NCBI GenBank assembly: GCA_009914755.4 | Contig: CP086569.2 | Coordinates: 10,880,001-10,944,000, forward strand | Reading direction: 5' to 3' | DNA length: 64,000 nt | Source: the human T2T-CHM13v2.0 reference genome, Homo sapiens | Part shown: piece by piece, positions 52,901 through 64,000 of the stretch | How the letters are laid out: each line of letters starts with the position of its first letter | How positions within the stretch are numbered: the first letter of the stretch is position 1 | The notes under the pieces: generated by a model | Told to the model about the DNA's origin: nothing | Seen by the model: only the letters and a program-made list of their open reading frames with translations | Databases searched by the model: none | Program-made: the position numbers and the translations under genes

Positions 52901-55500
52901 CCACTCCACTCCAATCCACTCAATTCCAATCCATTCCATTCCATTCCACTCCACTCCACTCTATTCCATTCCACTCCATCCCATTTCATTCCACACCACT
53001 ACACTTCACTACATTCCATTCTGGGACATTCCATCCCATTTCATTCCATTCCATTTGATTCCATTCCTTTTTTTCGACAGTATCTCACCCTGTCACACAG
53101 GCTGTGGTGCAGTGGCACAATCTCAGCTCACAATTCATTTCCCTCAGTACCACTCCATTCCACTACACCACACTCCAATCCACTCCACTCCATTAAATCC
53201 CAGTCCATTCCATTCCACTCCATTCCATTCCTTTGCTTTCTTTCAATAGGATCTCACTCTGTCACGCAGGGTGGAGTGCAGTGGCACAATCTCAGCTCAC
53301 ATTTCATTTCAATATTCCATCCCATTCCAAACCATTCCACTCCACTCCACTCCAATCCACTCCACTCCAATCCACTCCACCCAATTCCATTCCATTCCAT
53401 TCCATTCCATTCCATTCCATTCCATTCCATTCCTTCCCTTTCCATTCCATTCCATTCCACTTCCTTCCACTCCTTTCCTTTCTTTTGACAGGCTCTCACT
53501 CCATCAAACAGGCTGGAGTGTTGTATCACAATCTCACCTCAAATTTCACTCCACCATTCCATTCCATTCCATTCCTTTCCTTTCCATTCCATTCCATGCC
53601 ATTCCACTCCTTTCCATTCCTTTCCTTTCTTTTGATAGGGTCTCACTCCATCAAAGAGGCTGGAGTGTAGTGGCACAATCTCACCTCAAATTTCACTCCA
53701 CCATTCCATTCCATTCCATTCCATTCCATTCTACTCAACTTCAATCAACTCCACTGCATTCCACTCCATTCCACTCCAGTTCACTCCACTCCTTTCCACT
53801 CCTCTACATTACTTCCCATTTTATCCCACTCCATTCCACACCACTCCACTCCACTCCAATCTACTCAATTCCATTGCATTACATCACATTCCATTCCATT
53901 CCATTCAATTCCAATCCACTCCAATCCACTCAACTGCAATCCTCTATATTGCATTCCATTCCCTTCCATTCCATTACATCACATTCCATTCCATTCTATT
54001 CCATTCCACTCCACGCCACTCTACTCCACTCCAATTCACTCCATTCCATTCCATCCCATTTCATTCCACTCCAATCCACTCCACTCCATTACATGTCATT
54101 CCATCCGATTACATTCTCTTCCATTCCATTCCAATCCATTCCAGTCCATTCCATTCCATTCGTTTCTTTTGAAACGATCTTACTCAGTCACACATGGTGG
54201 AGTTCAGTGGGAATATCTGAGCTCACACTACATTTCACCATTCCATTGCACTCCATTCCACTCCATTCCACTCCCCTCCACTCCACCCCACTCAATTCTA
54301 TTCCACTCCATTCAATCCTAATCCATTCCATTCCTCTCCATTCAATTCCTTTCCTTTCTTTCGTCAGGATATCACTCTTTGACGCAGGGTGGAGTGCAGT
54401 GACACAATGTCAGTTCACATTTCCTTTTAACTTTCCACTCCATAGCATTCCAATGCAGTCCATTTCTTTCCATTCCTTTCTTTTCAGAGGATCTCACTCT
54501 GTCACTCAGGGTGGAGTGCAGTCGCATAATCTCAGCTCACATTATATTTCAGGATTGTGTTCCATTCCATTCCACTTTATTCCACTCCATTCGATACCAT
54601 TCCATTCCACTCTATTCCACTCCACCGCACTCCATTTCATACCATTCCATTCCGCTCCACTCCACTCTAATCCACTCAATTTGATTCCATCCCATTCCAT
54701 TCCACTCCACTCCAGTACATTCCATTCCACTCCATCCCATTTCATTCCACCCCACTACACTCCATTCCCTGCCATTCCATCCCATTCCATTCCATTCCAT
54801 TCCATTCCATTCCATTCCATTCCATTCCATTCCACTCCATGCCATTTGATTCCATTCCACTCCATTGCATTCCATTCCATTAAACTCCATGCCATTTGAT
54901 TCCATTCCACTCCATTGCATTCCATTCCTTTTCTTCAACAGCATCTCACTTACACAGGCTGGAGTGCAGTGACACAATCTCAGCTCACATTTCATTTATC
55001 CATTTCATTTCACTCCATACCACTCCACTCAACTACACCACACTCCACTCCACTCCACTCCACTCCTCTCCATTAAATCCCAATCCATGGCATCCTACTC
55101 CATTCCATTCCATTCCTTTGCTTTCTTTCGATAGGATCTCACTTTGTCACACAGGGTGGAGTGCAGTGGCACAATCTCAGCTCACATTTCATTTAAATAT
55201 TCCATCCCATTCCATCCCACTCCACTCCACTCAATTCCATTCCACTCCATTCCATTCTATTCCATTCAATTCCATTCCATTCCATTCTATTCCATTCTCT
55301 TCTATTCCATTCTATTCCAGACTATTCCATTCCATTCGACTCCTTTCCATTCCTTTCCTTTCTTTCGACAGGATCTCTTTCTATCAAACAGGCTGGAGTG
55401 TAGTGGCACTATCTCAGCTCAAATTTCACTTCACCATTCAATTCCATTCCTTTCTGTTCCATTCCATTCCACACCACTCCACTCCACTCCATTGCATTCC
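47000..55500 (-). repeat. Large paralogous block, copy 2 of the ~10-kb duplication (copy 1 = 37150-45400)
   Basis: See copy 1. Copy 2 also carries an extra internal ~430-bp duplication at ~49230-49750. Confidence 0.7.
50540..55200 (-). repeat. Second tandem block of the same ~1.25-1.9-kb five-subunit higher-order units (paralog of 40000-45400)
   Basis: Same anchor recurs at ~50546, 52078, 53306, 55188. Sub-anchors sit at 51470/52760/54520, 51350/52640/54400 and 51195/52455/54200. The translated motif 'MECSGTISAHISFQYS' recurs at 52044, 53271 and also 41565, 42842, 44103. Confidence 0.7.
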
Positions 55501-58500
55501 ATTCCTCTTCACTCCACTCCACTCTTCTCCACTACTCTACATTACATCTCTCTCTATCCCAGTCCATTGTACTCCACCTCACTCCACTCCAATCTACTCA
55601 ATTCCATTGCATTACATCACTTTCCATTCCATTCCACTCCACTCCAATCCACTCAATTCCACTCCTCTATATTACATTCCTTTTCATTCCATTCCAGTAC
55701 ACCGTATTACATTACACTTATTTCTTTGGACAGGATCTCACTCTGTCACACAGGGTAGAGTGCAGGGGCACAATCTCAGCTCACATTACATTTCACCATT
55801 CCATTCTATTTCTTTCCATTCCATTCCAATCCGTTCCATTCCATTCATTTCCGTTACACTTTACTCCACTCCATTCCACTCCACTCCACTACATTACACT
55901 TTACTCCACTCCAGTCCACTCCACTTCATTACACTTCATCCCATTCCATTCCACTCCATTCCACTCTACTGCACTCCACTCCACTCCATTCCATTCCATT
56001 CCATCCCAGTCCATTCCACTCCATTCTACACCACTCCACTCCACTCCATTCCATTGCATTCCAACCGAATCTATTCCAGCCCACTCCATTCCATTCCACT
56101 CCATTCCATTCCATTCCCTGCTTTCGACAGGATCTCTCTGTGTGACACAACCTGGAATGCAGTAGCACTATCTCATCTCACATTTCATTTGACCATTCCA
56201 TTCCACTACATTCCACTACACTTCAGTCCACTCCACTCCACTCTAATCCACGCCATTCCACTCCATTCAATTCCATTTCAGTCCATTCCACTCCATTCGA
56301 CACCACTCTAATCCACTCAACTCCACTTCATTCCAGTACAGTCCACTCCACTCCAGTCCACTCCACTTCATTACAGTCCATGCCATTCCATTCCACTGCA
56401 CTGCCCTTCACTCCACTACACGCCACTCCATTCCATTCCATTCCATCCCAGTTCATTGCACTCCCTTCCACACCACACCACTCCACTCCACTCCACTCCA
56501 CTCCATTCCATTCCAATCCATCCCATTCCATTCCATCCCATCCCATTCCATTCCATTCCATTCCATTCCATTCCATTCCATTCCATTCCATTCCATTCCA
56601 TTCCATTCCATCCCAGTGCATTCCCTTCCATTCCATTCCATTTCGTTCCATTCCATTCCTTTCTTTTGACAGGATCTCACTCTCTCACCTTGGCTGTAGT
56701 GAAGTGGCACAATCTTAGCTCACATTACATTTCATCATTGCATTCCATTCCATTCCTCTCCACTCCATTCTACTCCACTCCACTGCACTCCACTCCACTC
56801 CCTTCCACTACATTCCATCTCATTCCACTCCACTATGCCCCCCTCCATTCCATGGCATTTCATCCCATTCCCTTCCACTCCACTCCACTCCACTCCATTC
56901 CACTCCACTTTACTTCACTCCACTCCATTCCATTCCATTCCACTCCATTCCATTGCATTCCACTCCACTGCACTCTACGTCACTCCACTCCACTCCATTC
57001 CATACCTTTCCATTCCACTCAATTCTACTCCACTCCACTTCATTCCAATCCATCCCATTCCATTATACTCCATTCCCCACCACTCCACTCCACTTCATTC
57101 CATTTCATTCTATCCCATTCCATTCCACTTCAATCCACTCCACTGCACTCCACTCCACTCTATTAATTTCCTTTCCTTTCCATTCTACTCCATTCTATTT
57201 CATTCCTTTCTATCAAAAGGATCTCACTCTGTCACACAGGCTCCACTGCACTGGCCCAGTCTCAGCTTACATTTCATTTCACCATTCGATTCAATTGGAT
57301 TCCATTCCATTCCATTCCATTTCATTCCATTCCATTCCATTTCACTCCACTCCACTGCACTCCACTCCACTGCACGCCACTCCACTGCACGCCACTCCAC
57401 TGCACTCCATTCCATTCCATTCCATTCCATTCCATTCCATTCCATTCCATTTCACTCGACTCCATTCCAATCCACTCCACTCCGTTACACTCCATTCCAT
57501 TCCATCCCATTCATCCCATTCAATTTCCCTCTACTCCATTCCACTCCACTCCACTCCAATTCACTCCATTCCATTGCATGCCATTCCATTCCACTCCTCT
57601 CCATTCCACTCCACTCCACACTCCTCCTTTCCACTCCATCTCATTCCATTCCACTCCATTCCACTCCACTCAACTGCACTTCATTCCACTGTACTGCATT
57701 CCATTTCATTCCACTCCCTTCCATTTTTTTCCACTCCCTTACATTCCATTCCTTTCTTTCGACAGGATCTCATTCTCTCACACAGGCTGGAGTGTAGTGG
57801 CACAATCTCAGCTCACATTTCATTTCGACATTCTATTCCGTTGCATTCCATTGCACTCCGTTCCATTCTATTGCATTCCATTTCATTCCATTCCATTCCA
57901 TTCCTCTCCACTCCACTCCATTCTACTCCACTCCAGTCCACTCTGCTCCAGTACACTCCACTCCATTCCATTCATCTCCATTCCATTACTTTCCTTTCTT
58001 TCGACAGGATCTCACTCTTTCACCCAAGTTGGTGTGCAGTGGAAAAATCTCAGCTCACATTTCATTGCACCATACCATTCCATTCCATCCCATCCCACTC
58101 CATTCCTTTAAATTCCATTCCATTACAGTCCACTCCACTCCATTTCACTCCACTCCACACCACTCCACTCCTTTCCATCCACTCCATTCCACTCCATTCC
58201 ACTCTACTCCACTCCACTTCTTTACCATCCATCCCATTCCATTCCACTGCAATCCACTCCACTCCACTCCTGTCCACTCCATTCCATTCCATTCCATCCC
58301 ATTCCGTTCAAACCAATCAACTCCACTCCACTCCACTCCAGTTCACTCCATACCGTTCCATTCCATTCCACTCCTTTCCATTGCATTCCTTTCTTTCGAC
58401 AGGATCTTATTCTGTCTGCCAGGTTCGAGTGCAGTGGCACAATCTCAGCTCACATTTCATTGCACTATATTATTCCGTGCCATTCCACTCCACTCCATTC

Positions 58501-60890
58501 ATTTAAATTCCATTCCATTCTAGTCCACTCCACTCTACTCCACTTCACTCACTCTACTCCACACCACTCTACTCCACTCCATTCCATCCCATTCCATTCC
58601 ACACAACTCTACTCCACTCCATTCCATCCCATTCCATTCCACTCCACTCCACTTCTTTCCATTCCATTCCATTCCACTCCACTCCACTCCTCTCCACTCC
58701 ACTGCACTCCATTCCATTAAATTGCATTCCATTCCACTCCTTTCCTTTCCAATCCTTTCTCTTGAAAAGATCTCACTCTGTCACCCAGTCTGAAGTGCTG
58801 TGGCACAATCTTAACTCACATTTCATTTCACCATTCCATTGCATTCCATTTAATTGCATTCCTTTCCATTCTGTTCCATTACATTCCACCCCACTCAACT
58901 CCACTCCACTCCACTCCACCCTACTGCTGTCCATTCCATTCCATTCCTCTCCATTCCGCTCCACACTACTCCATTCCTCTCCACTCCATCCCATTCCATC
59001 CAATTCCATTCCATCCCATTCCAGTCAACTGCACTCCATTCCACTCCGTTGCATCCCATTGCATTCCACTCCACTCCACTCCATTTCACTGCACTCCACT
59101 CCACTCCATTTCATTCCACTCGATTTCATTCCATTAGACTCCACTCCACTCCTGTCCACTACTTTCCACTCCATTCCATTCCACTCCATTCTATTTCATT
59201 ACTTTTCTTCGACAGGATCTCACTCTGTCCCTCAGGCTTAAATGTAGTGCCACAATCTCAGCTCAAATTTCATTTCGCCCTGAATTGCATTCCATTCCAT
59301 TAAATTTAATTCCAATCCTCTCCACTTCACTCCACTCCACTCCACTCCATCACAATTCACTCTCATACATTCCATCCAATTCCACTCCATTGCACTCCAT
59401 GCCTTTTCAACTATACTCCGTTTCATCCCTTCTCATCCCACTCCATTTCTCTCCTCTCCACTCTACTCCACGTCACTATTCTCCACTCCATTCCTCTCCA
59501 TTCCATTCCATTCCATTCCATTCCATTCCATTCCATTCCATTCCATTCCATTCCACTCCATTTCATTTCATTGCTTTCAGGCTGAAATGCAGCATTACAA
59601 TCTCAGCTAACATTTTATTTCACCATTACATTTGATTCCATTCCATTCTATTCAATTCCACTCCACTGCACTTCATTAACTCCACTCCATTTCGTACAGT
59701 TCCATTCCATTCCATTCCACTCCATTCCACTTCACTCCCCAACACTCCACTCCATTCCAATCCATCCCATACCATTCCACTCCATTCCGCACCACTCCCC
59801 TCCAGTCCACTGAACTCCATTCCATTCCATTCCATTCCATTCCATTCCACTCCATTCCACACCATTCTATTCCATTCCATTCCTTTCCTTCCACAGTATG
59901 TGTCATTCTATTCCATTCCATTCCTTTCCTTTGACAGTATGTGTCTCTGACACAAAGGCTGATGTGCAGTGGCCAAATCACAGCTCACATTTCATTTCAC
60001 CATTCCATTCCCTTCCATTCCATTGCATTCCATTCCATTTAATTCCATTCTTTTCCACTCCACTCCACTCCATGCCATGACATTCCATTACATTCCAGTC
60101 CAATGCAATCTATTCCACTCCACTCCACAACACTGTATTCCATTACATCCCTTCCCATTCCACTCCATTCCACTTGTCTCCACTCTAATCCACGCCACTC
60201 AACTCCTCTGTACTCTATCCCATTCCATGCCATTCCACTCCATTCCACTCCATTACATTCCCTTCCTTTTTGTAGACAGGATCGGACTCTTTCACTCAGG
60301 CTACAGTGCAGTGCCACACTCTCAGCTCACATTTCATTTCACCATTTCATTGCATTCCATTCCATTCCTTTCCATTTACTTCAAATCCATTACACTCCAC
60401 TCCACTCCACTCCACGCCATTTCATTCCATTACATTCCAGTACATTCTACTCCATTCCACTCCACTCCACGAGGCTATATTCCATTACATCCCATACCGT
60501 TCCACTCCATTCCACTCCTATCCAATCTACTCCATTCCACACCACTTCCTCTCCACGCTATTCCATTCCATTCCATTCCATTCCACTCTGTTCCTCTCCA
60601 TTCCCTTCCCTTCATTTTCGTAGACAGGATCTCACTCTTTCACTCAGGCTAGAATGCAGTGACACACTCTCAGCTCATATTTCGTTTCACCATTCCATTG
60701 AATTCCATTACATCCCATTCCATTTAATTCAAATCCATTCCACTCCACTCCACAGCATTCCATTCCATTACATTCCAGTGCATTCCACTCCATTCTACAT
60801 CCACTCCACTATGCTATATTCCATTTCATCCCGTCCCATTCCACTCCTCTCCACTCTACAGTACTGAACTACACTCCTATCCACTCCACT

Positions 60891-61022
60891 CCATTCCATT
60901 CCACTCCATTCCATTCCATTCCATTCCATTCCATTCCATTCCATTCCATTCCATTCCATTCCATTCCATTCCATTCCACTCCACTCCATTCCATTCCATT
61001 CCACTCCATTCCATTCCATTCC
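60891..61022 (-). repeat. Near-perfect (CATTC)n tract (~26 units)
   Basis: 'ccattccattcc...' with three 'ccactcc' variants. Confidence 0.95.
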
Positions 61023-61849
61023 TTCCTTTCGACAACATCTCACTCTGTCATGCAGACTGGAGTGCAGTGGCACAATCTCAGCTCAGGTTTCATTTCGCCA
61101 TTCCATTCCCTTCCATTCCATTCCATTCCATTCCATTCCACTCAACTGCACTGCACTCCACTACATTCTATTCCATTCCATTCCATTCCATTCCATTCCA
61201 CTGCATCCCATTCCATTCCACTCTATTCCAAACCACTCCACTCCACTCCATTTCATTCCACACCACTCCACTCCACTTCATTGCATTCCATTCCAACCAA
61301 TTCCATTCCACTCCGTTACATTCCACTTCAGTCCACTCGATTCAATTCCATTCCATAGCATTTCTCTCCATTCCTTTCCATTCTTTCTTTCAACAAGATC
61401 TTACTCTGTCACAGGCTGGAGTGCAGTGGCCCAATCTTAGCTCACATTTCATTTCACCATTCCATTCCATTCGATTCCACTCAATTCCACTACACTCTAC
61501 TCAAGTCCACTCCACTCCATTCCATTCCATTCCACTGCCCTCCACTCCACTCCTCTCTTCTCCATTCCATCCAATTCCATTCCCCTCCTTTCCAACACAC
61601 TTCACTCCACTTCTCTCCATTCTGTGCCTTTCCATTCCATCACATTCCACTCCACTCCACTCCACTCCACTCCACTCCACTCCACTCCACTCCACTCCAC
61701 TCCATTCCATTCCATTCAATTCCAATACACACCATTACATTACTTTCATTTCTTTCGACAGGATCTCACTCTATCAACCAGGCTGGAATACAGTGGCACA
61801 ATCTCAGCTCACATTTCATTTAACCATTGCATTCCATTCCATTCCCTTT

Positions 61850-62950
61850 TGTTCCGTTCCATTCCGTTCCAATCAACTGCACTGCACTCCATTCCACTCC
61901 ACTCCAGTCCACTCCGCTCGACTTCACTCTGTTCCATTCCATTCCATTCCACTCCATTCCACACAACTGCACTCCACTCAAATCCTCTTCACTCTGTTCC
62001 ATTTCATCCCATTCCATTCCACTCCATTTGATTCCATTCCATTCCATTCCATTCCTTTCCATTCTGTTCCATTCCATTCCACTCCATTTCATTCCACTCC
62101 ATTCCATTCCATTCCACTCTATTCCATTCCATTCTGTTCCACTGCATTCAACTCCACTCCATTCCACTCCACTCAATTCGCTTCCTCCCCTCTACTCCAA
62201 TCCATTCATATAAACTGCATTCCATGCCATTCCCCTCGATTCCACTCCATTGCAATCCACTTCATTACACTCCCTCCATTCCACTCCACTGCACTCCATT
62301 TTATTCCACTATACTTCATTCCATTCAATTCTACTACAAATCATTCCATTCCTTTATTTCGACTGGATCTCACTTTATCGCTTGGACTGGAATGCAGAGG
62401 GACATTCTTAGTCGACATTTCATTTCCCTATTCCATTCCATTCCATTCCATTCCATTCCATTCTGTTGCATTCCATTCCATTCCACTCCATTCCACACAA
62501 CCCCACTCCACTCAAATCCTCTTCACTCTATTCCATTTTATCCCATTCCATTCCACTCCATTCGATTCCATTCCATTCCGTTTCATTCCTTTCCATTCTG
62601 TTCCATTCCATTCCACTCCATTTCATTCCACTCCATTCCATTCCATTCCATTCCACTCTATTCCATTCCATTCCATTCCACTCTGTTCCACTGCATTCCA
62701 CTCCACTCCATTCCACTCCACTAAATTCGCTTCCTCCCCTCTATTCCAATCCATTCATTTACACTGCATTCCATGCCATTCCCGTCCATTCCACTCCATT
62801 CCAATCCACTTCATTACACTCCTTCCATTCCACTCCACTGCACTCCATTTTATTCCACTATACTCCATTCCATTCAATTCTACTACAAATCATTCCATTC
62901 CTTTATTTCGACTGGATCTCACTTTATCACTTGGACTGGAATGCAGAGGC
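61850..62950 (-). repeat. Two tandem, nearly identical copies of a ~549-bp unit
   Basis: 'ttatttcgactggatctcactttatc.cttggactggaatgcagagg.acattcttag.cgacatttcatttc' occurs at ~62345 and ~62894. Flanking ~500 bp are nearly identical (61941~62490, 62224~62773, offset 549). Confidence 0.75.
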
Positions 62951-64000
62951 ACATTCTTAGCCGACATTTCATTTCACTAGTCCATTCCATTCCATTCCAT
63001 TCCATTCCATTCCATTCCATTCCATTCCGTTGCATTCCATTCCATTCCAATGCATTCCATTCCATTCCCTTCCATCAATTCCGTTCCCTTCCATTCCATT
63101 CCACTGCACTCTGATCATCTCCACTCAACTCCATTCCACTCCACTCCACTCCACTTTGTTCTGTTCAGATCCATTCCATTCCATTTCATTCCATTCCAGG
63201 CCATTCCTCTCCATTCAACTCCACTCCATTGCATTCCATTCCACGCCACTCCACTCCCTTCCCCTCCACTCCATTCCACTCCATTCCATTCCAATTCACT
63301 CCTCTTCATTTTATTCCAATGCACTCGACTCCATTCCACTCCAGTCCACTCCACTCCATTCCATTCCATTCCATTCCGTTCCATACCACTGAACTCCAAT
63401 CCACTCCACTCAAATCCACTCCACTCCACTCCTCTCCACTCCATTGTATTCCGTTCCGTTTCGTTCCATTCTTTTCCATTTCACTCCACTTCATTGCACT
63501 CCATTCCATTCCATTCCACTCCATTTCATTAAATTCCTTTCAAATCGATTCCACTCCATTCCACTGAATTCCATTCCTCTCTATTCCACTTCATTCCATT
63601 CCACTCGATTCCATTCCACTCCATTCCACCCTACACCACTCCATTCCACCTCAGTCCATTCCACTCAAGTGCACTAAACTCCCCTCCACTCCACTCCATT
63701 CCATTCAATTCTATTCCATTCTATTCCACTGCACTATGATCCACTCTAATCTACTCCTCTCCACACTACTCTACACCTTTCCATTCCTTTCCTTTCTGTT
63801 CCGATCCTTTCCATTCCATTCCACTCCATTCTATTACACGCCACTCCATTCCACTTCATTCCATTTCACTCCATTCCACTTCAATCCATTCCAATCCACT
63901 CCACTACCATCCACTCCACTCCACTCCATTCTATTACACTCCATTCATTTCCATTCCACTCAATTCCATTCCATTCCGTTCCACTCCATTCCACTCCACT

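Larger units (their letters stand above)
8326..64000 (-). repeat. Pentameric satellite of the HSat3 / (GGAAT)n class, shown here as (ATTCC/ACTCC)n so the GGAAT strand is the minus strand. It is composite with ~150-180 interspersed Alu-3'-end-derived ~70-bp segments and organised in nested higher-order repeats
   Basis: The ~55.7 kb is dominated by 5-bp periodicity 'cattc', 'cactc', 'cattg', 'cattt', with few 'cgat'/'gatga' motifs (so not HSat2-like). Punctuating segments 'ttctttcgacaggatctcactctgtcacccaggctggagtgcagtggcacaatctcagctcacatttcatttcaccattcc' recur in one orientation. Confidence 0.9.

Noticed and set aside
8326-64000. CRISPR-like or other prokaryotic repeat-spacer/defence-system architecture
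   Set aside because: Periodicity is 5 bp with ~70-bp Alu-derived spacers that are near-identical to one another, not unique. Flanking alpha satellite and an AluYb8 place this firmly in a primate genome. No cas-like or any credible protein-coding ORFs are present.
8326-64000. HSat2 assignment, or telomeric/subtelomeric (TTAGGG, TAR1) assignment
   Set aside because: The HSat2 hallmark 'CATTCGATTCCATTCGATGAT' motifs are essentially absent and no TTAGGG runs occur. Composition fits the HSat3/(GGAAT)n class instead.

Overview
No protein-coding genes, RNA genes or prokaryote-type systems are supportable in this window; it is entirely primate (most likely human) pericentromeric satellite DNA. Positions 1-8325 are divergent monomeric alpha satellite of about 47 x 171-bp monomers, in reverse-complement orientation relative to the classical consensus. 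These monomers carry pJalpha-type motifs and no CENP-B boxes. One full-length AluYb8-lineage SINE is inserted at 3788-4096 with a poly(A) tail and flanking target-site duplications. At about 8326 the alpha satellite switches abruptly to a pentameric (CATTC/ACTCC)n satellite of the HSat3/(GGAAT)n class that fills the remaining ~55.7 kb. This satellite is composite: roughly 150-180 same-orientation copies of a ~70-bp segment derived from the antisense 3' end of an old Alu ('ttctttcgacaggatctcactctgtcacccaggctggagtgcagtggcacaatctcagctcacatttcatttcacc') punctuate the pentamer tracts every ~130-600 bp. It also shows nested higher-order organisation: tandem units of ~0.55, ~0.64, ~0.67 and ~1.27-1.6 kb, and larger paralogous blocks ~2.1, ~3.3, ~6.2, ~10 and ~31 kb apart. 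All ORFs in the supplied six-frame track are artefacts of stop-free low-complexity repeats (HSIPF... on plus, MEWNG... on minus). I found no evidence of a novel gene system. The features worth follow-up are the composite Alu-fragment/pentamer satellite architecture, its multi-scale duplication structure, the exact alpha/HSat3 junction and the young Alu insertion.
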